This document shows positions 12,538 to 25,575 of a stretch of DNA of 64,000 bases, one piece after another (position 1 is the first letter of the stretch; each line of letters starts with the position of its first letter). Both the position numbers and the translations under genes were made by a program. Source of the DNA: Octopus sinensis (lineage: Eukaryota). The notes beneath the pieces are model-generated. The model searched no databases, was not told where the DNA came from, and saw only the letters and a list, made by a program, of their open reading frames with translations. Location of the stretch: assembly GCF_006345805.1 (NCBI RefSeq), contig NC_043018.1:16492001-16556000 (forward strand), in the 5' to 3' direction.

Positions 12538-12538
<1 letters not shown>
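12375..12538 (+). mobile_element. tRNA-derived SINE family B ending in (TA)n; resembles common octopus SINEs
   Basis: tggctgtgtgataagtagcttgcttacc...gggttcagtcccactgcgtgg...gtagacggaaactgaaagaagctcgtcg. Further copies ~26565-26722 (+), 35365-35530, 37026-37186, 50416-50575 and 57934-58095 (-), plus fragments. Confidence 0.7.
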
Positions 12539-12589
<51 letters not shown>

Positions 12590-12740
12590 TGTATGTATGT
12601 ACATATTGTCGTCCGAAAATCGCTTGATAACCGATCTTTTCCTCGTAAGGAGATAAACATAGAATAAGTACTAGGCAAGTCCTGGTGGCGATTATTAACA
12701 GACATATATCAATACACAACATCTTACCTCTCTTCTAACT

Positions 12741-13222
12741 ATTCTTTTCTACTCTAGGTACAAGACCCGAAATGTTGGAGGAGTGGGCAATTCCTTTAGA
12801 TCGACCCCAGTACGCAACAGTTACTTAATTTATCAACCCCGAAAGGATGAAATACAAAGTCGACCTCGGCGGAATTTGAACTCAGAACGTTGCGGCAGAC
12901 GAAATACCTTTAAGCATATCGCACGGCGTACTAACGATTCTGCCAGCTCATAGACTTTCCCCTCTAACTATTCACACCAATTATTTATTAATTACGCTGT
13001 CACTAAGGCGGTGAACCGGCAGAAACTTTAACACGCCGGGCGAGTTGTTAAGTGATATTTCGTCTATCTTTACGTTCTGTGTTCAAATCCCGCCGAGGTC
13101 GACTTTGCCTTTCATCCTTTCGGAGTCAGTAAATTAAGTTCCAGTTGCTTACTGGGGTCGATATATTCGACTTGCCCCACTCCCCCAAAATTTCGGTCCT
13201 TGTGCCAAGAGCAGAAAAGAAT
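12741..13222. mobile_element. Inverted SINE-A pair, gene 2 last intron
   Basis: Same arrangement as 998-1416; head ggcggtgaaccggcagaa at ~13007. Confidence 0.75.
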
Positions 13223-13477
13223 TACCATATCACTGTCTATATCTACTTATCTACTTATGAAATTCGGGAAATAAATATTCATAGACTTGGTTTTTTTTTT
13301 AAATACTGGAGAAAGTACAAATCAAAATTTTTCGAAGAACGGTAAAATATGTCCTATTTGTTTCGGTTCTGCATGATGTAGCTTCACATACCGCATAAAA
13401 TGCAACAGCTTCTTCCCTAAGGAGGAACCATAATTTTAATGAGTTTCTTATTTCACTACAATATTCTGTATTTACAG

Positions 13478-13586
13478 GTATGCTTGCTCAAATTCTTATT
13501 GTAAAGGAGCAATCCCAGTAGATAACTGCTGCTTAGGTCCGGACTGTTTTTGCATTTGGGACGCATCGGGTTGCTGGTGTACTTAA
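13478..13586 (+). CDS. Gene 2, mature-peptide exon (tail-less 35-aa 8-Cys peptide; 77-aa precursor)
   Basis: Acceptor tgtatttacag|G. YACSNSYCKGAIPVDNCCLGPDCFCIWDASGCWCT*; the paralogous tail frame continues after TAA to TGA at 13673. Confidence 0.88.
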
Positions 13587-14857
13587 CAAAATATCATCCG
13601 TGCCACTCTTAACAGTATACTCCAAAGCGTAATCCCTATTCTCGTTTTCCTTGTAAATTTACCAATTTATTGACGTTCTGCTCTTTTGAATCTTGTGGAA
13701 AAATGTCATAAGTTAGATTGTTTTTATAAAAGGAGAAAATCTACAACATTTTCAATTTTGAAATTTAACCAATCGTCAAATCCTTCTAATATATTCATGC
13801 TATCTAATATATTTATGCTATTAATCCGTCAAATTTTAATGAAATCTCAATTAAATAAATTTATTAAAGCATTACAAATACTTAGTGCTTCGTTTTTCAC
13901 TTTGCTATTTGTTTGTAAGTTATTGAACGGTCTTTGTGGTTTGTTCTTCGCTGTGGTACTTGCCTTTAAGTTATCGATATGAATGGTAAGAATTTACATT
14001 GCAGTGGTATGCTATATTATTGTAAAAACATATATTCTCCGAGTTCTATTTTACAAACTTTAAAGAAGAAATAGGAAAAAATAAGAGATAAGAAAGGAAA
14101 AGAGAGAAAAACAACTTAACCAGTAGAAATTGAGGGGAGGGACTATGGGTCACATAACCCAGAACGAATAGTGTGCTCAGCTGGGCTTCGCAGAAGTGAC
14201 CGTGATGGCGTTGCCGCGAAGAACGTTGCAGCAGCCACTTCCTGAGGTTCATTAATCCAATGGGCCGCCTTCATCCCTCAGTTTGGAATGAAGTCCAAGA
14301 ACACCTGAGGTCTCTACGTAACTGGTACAAACTGATAGTGGCCAGTGAGGACCAAATATTTCTTGAATGTTCTCTCCTCGTGATTATGGAAGGTGACACC
14401 CGGATTTGCAGCCGTTGCAGCAAGGTTGCTTCCTTGTCAAAAATATTTATTGATGTTGTGGTGTGTTTGATCGTACTGTCGTAGTCGAGTGGACAGGTGA
14501 TTGAGCTACGATCGATTGGTGATTGAGTTATGATCACTTCTAAATTCGTTTTGAAAGATATAATGTGTATAAGTTCCCACTGTGCACACTGCCGTTCCAT
14601 TCTTAAGAAGGCTGCACGTGATACGATGATGGGTTTTCAGTAATTTGTTGTCAGGCGAGCGATCCCGATGTCTTCCGCATTTTCTTGACTAAGGTTGAAA
14701 AATTGAACAAAGTATGTCAAATAATTAAATACATACACACAAAAATGTATAAATATATATATATATAAACTTAGATATGTTTTGACCAAAGATTGGTCCG
14801 GGCCATGTTTAATTTAATACCACAACATGATACGTACATATATATATATATATATTA

Positions 14858-14899
<42 letters not shown>

Positions 14900-14963
14900 A
14901 TATATATATATATTATATATATATTATATATATATATATATATATATTAGATAGATAGATAGA

Positions 14964-17900
14964 TACCTGCACGCATCCCACAATAACATCAACACCACCA
15001 ATAGTAAATCGAAATTCAAAACACACACCAACTCGAGTCCCAAAATCTGCCGGTATTCCCAACGTGAGAGAACATGTCTGCTGAGTGACTGTCCCTTCAC
15101 TCATCTTCCAGGGACCCGACGCACAAACAGAAACGGGGCTTCAAGCCAACACACAAACCTGAATAAATAAAAATAGAAACACACCATGCTGCAGTAATGC
15201 TGGTCCAGTCTTTTCAGGAAGACACAAAAACAACAACAACAAAAGTGGAAACTACAACCCTATCCAACAGTGCAACCACACCTCCAGCCAAAAACTGCTC
15301 CCTAAGCAGGAAAATTCTTTTTTAGCCATGTTGAACATGGCAAAAGAAATACACAAAAACATTCTAGCCATCATTCTAGCCATTCTAGCCATCACCATCC
15401 TATGCTATTACCCCAGTGCACCAATTCCCCACATTGCTGCCACTAACACACACAAAAAATCCAAGCCCTCTGCAACAGTCAAAACTAGCCACTACACTAA
15501 CCGCCACATTCCTACTCAATGCACAAGGTGTCAGCCCTTCCATCAATGCACAAAAATGGAAGGTCCAATTCATTGAAGACTGGGTTGGTAACCATTCACA
15601 CCGCATCCCTTTCTTCATTCTCACTGAGACCCACCTTGACAACTCCCACTTGGAAGCCGAAGTGAGAGTGAAGAATTTCACAACCATCCGCGCGGATCGT
15701 ATCGGCAGGAGGAAGGGTGGAACTGCCATTTTCCTGCATGATTCATTTACGGCAGATGGAAATAGTATTCTCCAACGGCTACTGTGAATCAGTCACCGTG
15801 CACAACAAAGCCAATGACCTGACAGTATTTGGCTCTATAGGCCGCCCCAAACACCCTACTGTGCTTTAAAGAATGCCTCAACAGCATTAAGTGCTTTATT
15901 CAACAGTGCCATTCTAGCAACATACTCATGATGGGAGACTTCAATCTACCCTGTGTTGACTGGACTACAAACTGTTTGAAACCAAGCACTCCCGCCTCAA
16001 ACGCTGACAAAGAAGCAGCAGAGTCACTTTTCGACTTTACGAATGAGTTTTTCTTGTCCCAACTTGTCCTTGCACCAACAAGACATCAGAACATTTTGGA
16101 CCTAGTGTTTAGTAACCACACTAACACTATACATAACGTTACAGTGGAAAAAACCCTTCTTTCAGACCATGACATGGTTCTCTGTAACATGAAATTCTAC
16201 ACAGCCGAAAGCTAATCCTAGTGACCTTCCTCCAGCCCACCCATTTGACAACATGGATCTCCATAATGCCAACTGGGATGCAATCAGGAACGAGCTATCA
16301 CATGTTGACTGGTCCTTTACACATACACACATCTCCACCACCCATAAACATCTTGGCAGATCTTTGTAGACACCGTCACAGACTATGTGCAAAACACTCC
16401 CCACCAAGACCTGTGAACAAAAAGTGCAGAATCCCCCAAAACAGAAAAACCATTATCAGAAAAATAAAAAGAACAAACAAAAAAATTAACAAACTAATGT
16501 ACTGCCAACAGCAACACACATTCGACGGCTATCGCACTGCTTGAATCCAAACAATATAACCTCCAACAATGCATGAAGACCCTCATCAATAACCAAAGAT
16601 CAGCTGAGGAGAAGTGGGCCATTGAAAAAATCAAACTCAACCCCAAAGTGTTATTTTCATTTGTGAGGAAACGCAGGGTCACTGTCTCCACTGTAGGCCC
16701 TCTAATTGACGAAACTGCCAAATCCATGGCCGAGATACTGCAGAAACAATACTGCTCTGTTTTCAGCAATCCTGATATGGCCGATCTGGGCTGTATCAGT
16801 GATGTTAACCCCCAACACACTATATCGGACATAACGTTTAGTGCCCCTGATGTCTTAGCGGCGATAAACGAAATAAAACACAATTCAGCAGTAGGCCCCG
16901 ATAGGTTCCCTGCTTGTGTCCTGAAGGTGTGTCGACACCAACTTGCATCTCCCCTTGCTAATCTGTGGAGAAACTCACTGGATGCTGGCTATATTCCAAA
17001 AAACCTTCTGTCCCAGTCTGTTGTCCCAGTTTTCAAAAAGGGAAACAAGTCCCTTGCAGTGAATTACCGTCCGATCTCACTCACCTCTCATATCATCAAG
17101 GTATTTGAGAGGTTGGTGAGATCTCGAATAACTCAATTTCTGGAAAGCAACAGACGGCTGATCTCCAACCAACATGGGTTCCGTAATGGAAGGGACTGCC
17201 TAACGCAGCTCCTGCATCACTTTGAGGACATTTTGAGAGCTTTGGGAAAGGGCTCCAACACCGATGTCATCTACCTTGATTTCAGTAAGGCCTTCGACAG
17301 GGTCGATCACAAGATCCTATTGAAAAAACTATCCAACATTGGTGTCTCTGGAAAGTTACTGAAATGGATCAAGTGTTTCCTGACAGACAGATCTCAACAT
17401 GTTGTAGTTGAAGGGGTAAAATCAAGCCCAGCCAAAGTCAGTAGTGGCGTTCCGCAAGGCACTGTGCTGGGCCCACTTCTTTTCATCATTTACATTAATG
17501 ACATTAATGACATCATCAAGCACAGCAACATAAAAATCTTTGCAGATGACTCCAAGCTACAGAAGGTCATAAATGAGGCGAGTGACCGGACATGCCTTCA
17601 GTCAGATCTACTGGCTGTTATCCAATGGGCAGAAAAAAACAATATGCTGCTGAACGAGGATAAATTTGAGCTAATCCACTTTGGAAAAGAGGATGCCCTG
17701 AAACTCCCATACTCCCTTCCTTCAGGTGAAACTCTCGCGGCGTCCAACAACATCAGAGACTTGGGAGTAATTGTGGACAACAACGTAAGCTGGGCCACTC
17801 ATATAAACACCAAAGTTGACATGGCCCGCAGAATGTGTTCCTGGATTCTCAGAACTTTCCAGTCGAGAGATATCCACACCATTATCCTTCTCTTCTCCAC

Positions 17901-18518
17901 TTTTGCCCGACCCCACCTTGAATACTGTTGTCCACTGTGGTCTCCCCACACAATACAAGGTATCATAAAAGTTGAAGCACCTCAAAGGGCAATCACAAAA
18001 AAGATAGATGGCATGACAGGCCTCGACTATTGGGGTCGACTAGAAAAGCTAAAACTCTATTCTCTCCAACGTCGTCGTGAGCGCTACATCATCTGCATGA
18101 TGTGGAAAATATTCCATCAGCATTGCCCAAATGATGTTGGCATCACCTTTAAGGTACATCCAAGGCTTGGGCCCCGTGCCATCCGCCCAAAACAAAAATC
18201 GCACTCTCATCTCATAACAACAATACGGCACAATTATTTCACCTCAATTGGCCCCGCTCTCTTAACATTACACCAAAACACATTAAAACAGAAACTGACC
18301 CTATAGGGTTCAAGACGTCTTTGGACAGATTCCTTCAAGAAATCCCGGATAAACCCCCTACACCCGGATATGTCTCTGTAAACAATAACTCTCTACTTGA
18401 GTGGGCCATAGTGCCCAAATTCTGACTTGAAAGACTTCACCAGGTGGTGCTATTAAGTTAGACATGGCCTGGGCCAATAATGGCCGAAACCTATCAAAGT
18501 ATCAAAGTATCAAAGTAT
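14964..18518 (+). mobile_element. 5'-truncated, frameshifted non-LTR retrotransposon (CR1/L2/Jockey group): ORF1 C-terminal remnant, APE endonuclease and reverse transcriptase
   Basis: CCCH-like CRYSQRERTCLLSDCPFTH at 15048-15104. APE motifs LTETHL, GDFNLP, LDLVFSN, SDHDMV. RT motifs YRPISLTS, QHGFR, YLDFSKAFDRVDH, GVPQGTVLGPLLF, FADD. 3' tail (TATCAAAG)3 at 18492-18515. Confidence 0.92.
16573..18306 (+). CDS. LINE ORF2 reverse-transcriptase fragment (577 aa open stretch of a disrupted ORF2)
   Basis: Canonical non-LTR RT motifs. Upstream endonuclease is split across frames, so the element is probably inactive. Confidence 0.85.
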   Translation: MKTLINNQRSAEEKWAIEKIKLNPKVLFSFVRKRRVTVSTVGPLIDETAKSMAEILQKQYCSVFSNPDMADLGCISDVNPQHTISDITFSAPDVLAAINEIKHNSAVGPDRFPACVLKVCRHQLASPLANLWRNSLDAGYIPKNLLSQSVVPVFKKGNKSLAVNYRPISLTSHIIKVFERLVRSRITQFLESNRRLISNQHGFRNGRDCLTQLLHHFEDILRALGKGSNTDVIYLDFSKAFDRVDHKILLKKLSNIGVSGKLLKWIKCFLTDRSQHVVVEGVKSSPAKVSSGVPQGTVLGPLLFIIYINDINDIIKHSNIKIFADDSKLQKVINEASDRTCLQSDLLAVIQWAEKNNMLLNEDKFELIHFGKEDALKLPYSLPSGETLAASNNIRDLGVIVDNNVSWATHINTKVDMARRMCSWILRTFQSRDIHTIILLFSTFARPHLEYCCPLWSPHTIQGIIKVEAPQRAITKKIDGMTGLDYWGRLEKLKLYSLQRRRERYIICMMWKIFHQHCPNDVGITFKVHPRLGPRAIRPKQKSHSHLITTIRHNYFTSIGPALLTLHQNTLKQKLTL

Positions 18519-18548
18519 ATGTATATATGTATATACATATGTCGCACG

Positions 18549-18580
<32 letters not shown>

Positions 18581-18583
18581 TCA

Positions 18584-18631
<48 letters not shown>

Positions 18632-18674
18632 CATGCGTACATACATACATACATACATACACACATACATGGAA

Positions 18675-18706
<32 letters not shown>

Positions 18707-19433
18707 ATACCAAAGGTTCATTTGAAATATTTCCATGACCAGAGGCCTAGCATGTAGAAAATTTACCCAATGGACCATATATTACTCATATAAATACAGT
18801 GTACATTTAAACACAGAGAGGTATCTGCACGTTTGAGAGGACAGATAAATTCCAAACCACTATTCGGGATAAATTTTGAATGGAAAGAAAAATTAAAACA
18901 TTTACCATGTAACTCCTGGACGAATGGTTTCAGACGATTTTTAGCAAATAAAATAATCTGCTAGGCGAAGGCTTCTTCAGCATGTAAAACTTAGATTAAA
19001 TATGTATACACGAGGCAATCATCCAGTATCTGTCTCGTGCTTATACATTCTAATATTTTCAAATCTACCACGCAAGCGCAATAAGTAAATATGCCGGCTT
19101 TTTATTTCGAAAATTATCCAAGAAATAATTTATCACTAATTAATAATATTAAAGGGTAATCTTAAATATTAGAAATTTCCATTACAAGTGACCTAGCGTG
19201 TAAAACATTTACTCAATAGACTAGATATTATTCATATAAATGCAGCGTACATATAAACACAAAAGATGTATCCATCATACGGATACCTGCACGCTAGAGA
19301 GGACAGTCATTAGGGATAATTTATAGAATGGAATGGAAAGTAAAACATCCCTAATAGTGGTTCAGAATTTAAACTGTCCTTTCTAGCGTGCAAGTACCCT
19401 ATCATAGATACTTATTTGGTTTTTAAATGCACA

Positions 19434-19485
<52 letters not shown>

Positions 19486-19633
19486 ATATATATATTACGT
19501 GTATATATATATATAATATATATATTATATATATATATATATGATATATATTATGTAATATTTATATAAATATATATATCAATGGCTGAAGGCATATACA
19601 TACATAAACATACATACATGCATATATATATAC

Positions 19634-19687
<54 letters not shown>

Positions 19688-19852
19688 TATATATATTTGT
19701 ATGTGTGTGTGTGTGTATATATGTATATGTATATGTCTGTATGTATGTATAATGTATATATATATAATAGATGTATATGTATGTTATTATATATATATGC
19801 GCATATTATAATATATATATGTACGTATACGTATATATATATAATATATATA

Positions 19853-19883
<31 letters not shown>

Positions 19884-19884
19884 C

Positions 19885-19964
<80 letters not shown>

Positions 19965-20269
19965 CAAATGGGACAAGAGTGCAAACATCCGCACAAATAG
20001 GTAATACAAAAAGGACAACAAAACATCCAGATAAACGATACAAAAAAACGGACGGGTCGTTCGAAGCATTTAATTTTCAGTCAAGAACCGGATCATCCTC
20101 GCAATCTCGGCTGATTAATCTTGGGATTGCTTCAATCTGGCCAGCCCCAAGAGTATTAGATTCCTTGCAGAAAAGCATCGAATATATACGAAACAAGGAC
20201 GGAAAACCGTACGACGTTACACGAATATATATACAAAAAAAAATACAAAGAAACAACAACAACAACAAC

Positions 20270-20308
<39 letters not shown>

Positions 20309-20637
20309 TATAATAATAATAATAATAATAATAACAGGAGCACTAGGAATGATCAAGAAGGGAACCGAAAATTATATGAGAATGATCCCTGGCTTACCAT
20401 CCCTGCAAGAAGTGCAAAAGATTGTCTTAACTGGTACATCACACGTATTGAGAAGAGCATTGTCGATGTGAGAACTGTTGCTGCTCATGTATTTTAATTT
20501 AACTTAAAAAAAAAAAAAATGAACGAACTACTGAGTTTGGTTTAATGGCCCACCAATGTATACTATGAGTTTCTCTGCCCTAGGAGTCGGGAAGACACTC
20601 GGCAAGAAATGGAAGCAAATTTGAAAGAAGAAAAAAA

Positions 20638-20705
<68 letters not shown>

Positions 20706-23700
20706 AATAATAATATTAACAGGACATAATAACAGGCGTCTTTTGATTGGAGACAAATTGAAGTCAGCTGGCGTGTTGGGAATTTAGGCTTACGGCAGAG
20801 GGTAGCATGACGCTGTGGCAGTGATCGTGGTCAAACGAAAAAGGGCTAACGGTAGTTCAACAGTCACGTGAGCAGAGAAGAGAGACAAAAAGAGGAACAA
20901 AGGAAACAAAGAGGGAGAGAAGAGAGAGCAAAAATTGGAAGAAAGGTATTAAGTAGGGGGAGAAGTGAAAGAGAGCGAGAGAGTGCGTAGACGGAAGAAT
21001 GAAGGAGTGGCGAGAAAAAGAGAGAGACTGTGACACAGTGGAGGGCAAAGTAAGAAAGGCAAAGAAATGTGAGAGAGGGGAAAGAGAGAGAGTGTTGAAG
21101 AAGTCGTTCAAAATTTAGTGCAATATGTGCTTACATATAAGAAAACAAAATGTAGTACGCAACACATATATATATGTGTGTGTTTGTGTGTCTGTTCGTG
21201 TGTATGTATCATCTTCTATTTGTGAAAGAGATAAGTAATGGGTTGAGTAAAACATATGAACAACTTTTTGGCGATATTTGTCAAAACATGTAGCTACACT
21301 TCTCATCGACAAAAATCTTACTGCAATTACTCTTTCAAACTGTTGCTTTCATCTATCATGAAGATACTCTGCCCATTGCAATGCCAAGTGCAGGATATGA
21401 GATGTGTACTGTCATCATATTTCGCGGAAGCCTTAAAAAGTACAGAAAATGCTTTTTGGTATATATTCAGGCTTCTATATTCTGAGTTCGAATCTCTGCA
21501 GTTCAACTGTTCTTTCCCTCCTTTTTGAGACGATAAATAAGGTTCCAATATTCCCCACCTCCTTTCCGATATTCGTAGAAACCTGAGGTCGTTTAATTAA
21601 CGTCCAGAATTTATGACAGTTTGTAACACGATTTTTGACCTTAGGTAGCAACTGTTATTTCCTCTTTGCTTATCCCTAGAAACTATGCGAAATGAATAAT
21701 ATTTTCTCCAGACATTCATGTCTTTACATTGATTCAAACCCCAACGATTCCCCTTTCAGGCTCTCCAACTTCTCGTGACCATTATCAGAGATGCAAGTAT
21801 TGCCAGCCACTAAAGGACATCTCCAAGTGGTTAAGGTCAAGTAATTGGCGAACAAATTTGTGGTATTGATCAGAATATTCGCTGATACGATATTTTTGCT
21901 TCAGCAAACCAGCCCCGAATCTTTGGAAAATGTAATAGAAAATGTGTCACTTTGAAAGCATTGATGTCCAGGCACAAAAGCAAAGTGTGAAGGGAACAGG
22001 AGTAATTTCCTTTAACTTCCAAATAGAAGTAAACAGGAGATAACACTTACTATACAACGATAAAATAAAGAATAAGAATTCAATTTAAAGTGTCATCTAT
22101 GTCACAGATAACCCCGCCTTTCTTAGCTCGAGATCTGATTAACTACTGATTATATTGTAAGCAAGTATCTTCATTGGTATCTCAGCTTTCAATCTATCAT
22201 GCAAAACTTATTGGAGATTTAATCTAAGCTGTGCTGCAAAGAGATGTTACGGCCCGACTTTGATTATTCTAATATCGGTAAATTAACGTCTTTAAGAAAT
22301 CTCTAAACTAACTTCTTGATACATGTATGCAGCTCTGACGTCTAAAGAAATAAAATTCTACATTTACACGTCATATGAGAAAAATTCCAGATTATATTAT
22401 AAAAAAGAATGCCTATTTTTTTTACATAAGAGTATATATTTTACTTCATATTAAATCCCTGATACAAAATATAAAGCGGTCATAAATAAAATATTATTGG
22501 TTATAAAGACTTGGAGATCAGGGATAATCAGGATCTAAGCAACAATTTGGACTTTGCACATCTGAATCAGTCGTAAGTTGGTTCGGAAAAAGAACTTAAA
22601 AATTGTCTCCAATGAAGAAAGTTGACATAACCGAAGATATAAATTTCGAGATAGTTTGAAATGATGTTTTCTAATTACTAATTCACACAGCTGGACGAAG
22701 TGCACGGCGGGTTGGTAAGTATAGTATCTCATAACATAAATCAAATTGCTGATGCTTATACATACACACATTCATACACACATACATACACACATACACA
22801 CATACACACATACATACACACATACATACATACGTACGTACGTACATATATACATACATATATACCTCTATACATACATATATATATTTATATACATATA
22901 TGTATGTGGTTGTATGTATGTATACACACACACACGCACGCACACACACATATATATATTTATATAGGTGTGTGTGTGTGTGTGTTTGTAAAGAAGAAGA
23001 GAAAACACAGCGTGTGCAAATTCAAGAATAGAAAAGAAAACGACAGCTGGAGCAAAAAAAGTTTAACGGTGTTCAATGAATAACTAGCACTACACAACCC
23101 TCATCAACCACTTTGAACTTTGCACAAGAGAAAGTCTACTGAGCTGTTTGTAAAATACCGTTCGAATCTAATAAGTATGTACACATTTAAATCATTCTTT
23201 GCGACTGTATGTGATTAAGTAATAGCATTACACAGTTATGGTAATGATGATGGTGGTAGTGGCAGAGCTTAAACCGTTTGTTGCCTGTTTGTATGTGAAC
23301 AATCCAAGATCTGCAAAGAGAGAGGATAACCGGAATGATTTTCTGATCTTCACTTTATATCTCATCGATTGTATTTGATGAAAGGGAATCAGTTGACCCC
23401 TTAAGTTTTGAATGGATTCGAGCTTTTGTAAATTTTGTTTTTTAATTAACGTAAATCGTTTGCTAAGAAACAAGTGAAGCTATTTTGGCTGGATGTTTGT
23501 GTTATACATTTCTCATTATTTTACGAAAGATTTTCCCATTTTCTTACTTTATGTTAAAACATTCTCATCCAACAAACTGCTGATCTTTGCAACACTGGCC
23601 AACTGCTTCCCTCTTTTCCATAGAACACTAGTTGACCAAATTTGCTATCCCTGTGTTGCTGTTTGTATTGAGTTGATTGACCATTATTCTTTGTTTTAAA

Positions 23701-24693
23701 TCGTGTAAATATATTCTGGTTCTGGAGTAGCTTTTTCATAGTAGTCAAAACAATGTGTTTTTAATATAGCGTTTTAGTTGGCGTGTGTGTGTGTGTGTGT
23801 GTTTCTGTGTGTCTGTGTGTGTCTGTGTCTGTGTTGTGTCCGTGCGTGAGTGTTTGGTAACAATGCTATATCTAAATGATGAATGTAGAATCTTGATGAT
23901 ATTTTTTGACAGTTACTGAATACTGTCCCGTATTTAGAGCAAAGCCGACATGCATAACCTCATTCTGATATGAGGCGTATGCCTGGAGTACTTCTTCATC
24001 GATTCTTCGCTCAGTTTTTCCTTGCCCAAATTAGTAAGACAATTAATTAAAAGCAACACGTAATATGATGTTCTTCCAGAAAGTATTGTATTTAAAAAGA
24101 TAACGATAAACATGTTTCTGTGTGGGGATAACACGACACATGTATTCAGCATCAGGTAATTGTATTTAGTCAGGTATAGTCTTAGATTGTTAGTTACCAA
24201 TGCAATAGTTTATACAGTGAAATGTGCAGGAAAGTTTGATTTGTGTTGCAGAAAACAGTGAAAATACATTTGACTGAGTGCATTTCACATACAAGATTCC
24301 ACCAACTGCAAACTGACAAACATCTCATAATTGTTTTGATTACAGAAATAAAAATAATATAGCTATAGAAGCTAGATATACTTCAAGTAAGAATATTTCA
24401 TTCACTGTTAACAATATGGGGAATATTTATGGACAAATTCTTCGAAGACGTCCTCTTCTCCGAAATTATATATTCACATTTGTAATAAAATCTAGATTAG
24501 TACTATTGATGAGATTAAATTAGCCATATTACTTATTGTTTAAATGGTAAATCTTGGCTTTTTAGTGAAATATATTTGAACAGCTAAAAGATAACTGTTA
24601 CCTAAATTTCAGCTGTAGACTTTTGCTTATTTTCTAAGAAAAAATCTTTTGTATTAATCACTCTCGTTATATGCGTCTATCATCAGGTGCGTG

Positions 24694-24757
24694 ATGAAAG
24701 GTATCAGTGTCCTACTGTTTTGTGTATTCATTTCATACACCTTCTCGGAAAAACAAG
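24694..24757 (+). CDS. Gene 3, signal-peptide exon
   Basis: catcag|gtgcgtgATG ... caag|gtaagt. MKGISVLLFCVFISYTFSEKQ. Confidence 0.88.
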
Positions 24758-25514
24758 GTAAGTAGAATTAGTAATTTCTTTTATTTTATAGTAATCCGAA
24801 AAGTAGTGGGAGAAAAGGCGCAAAATAGAAGGGCGGGAATGAGGAAAATGAATAAAGTTACCTTACTGGTCTTTCGGGTGTACCCCATTTATATGCAATT
24901 ACAGCTTTTAAATAAATAACTCTATTTATCAAAACTACCCATTGACCAAGTATACGGAATTAAGATTCTTCTATATAATATATAACATTCAATTAACAAT
25001 ATGACTGATACAAATCGGGAAGGATTCAAGTGGTGTGCTCTCATCTCTTACTCCTGTATTTGATTCAGAACGTAAACACGAACGAAAGGACACTAAACAC
25101 CTTGCTCGTCCAGCTAACCATTCTGCCAGCTCTCCGCCGCCTCCCTTAGAATTCTTTATTATTAAAATAATTACAGAATTAACAAGTGCTGTATATATAA
25201 TGTTTCACGTGTCTTTTCTTTTTTGTTTTTGTTATTCCTTTTTATTACTCCCTTGGGTCTTTTTTATCTCCTTTTATGTATTAAAAACATCCATCACTAC
25301 AGTGATGAGCCATAATTAAGTGTAGGAGTGAGGAACTTCGAGTTCCAGTCTTCATGATCCTGCATCTTGTTTCAGATCGTCTTACCATAAATACGTTATC
25401 CTCCATTCAATGAATTACCTGTTGAGTGATGCATGGGTAATTTGTGTATTTCTACACGAAACTTTGTTAAATAGACTTCTAATGCTTCCATATGTATTTC
25501 AATATTTCTTTCAG

Positions 25515-25575
25515 ATGTCGCTTCCATTCGTCAACAGAGAGGAGCTTCTGTAGGTTTGAGTAATATGACTAAAAG
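25515..25575 (+). CDS. Gene 3, propeptide exon
   Basis: tttcag|AT ... aaaag|gtaaga. (D)VASIRQQRGASVGLSNMTK(R). Confidence 0.88.

Noticed and set aside
13485-13580. Position-specific Cys codon conservation as reported for conotoxins
   Set aside because: C3, C4, C5 and C7 codons are invariant but C1, C2, C6 and C8 vary; with six recent paralogues this is not distinguishable from shared ancestry.
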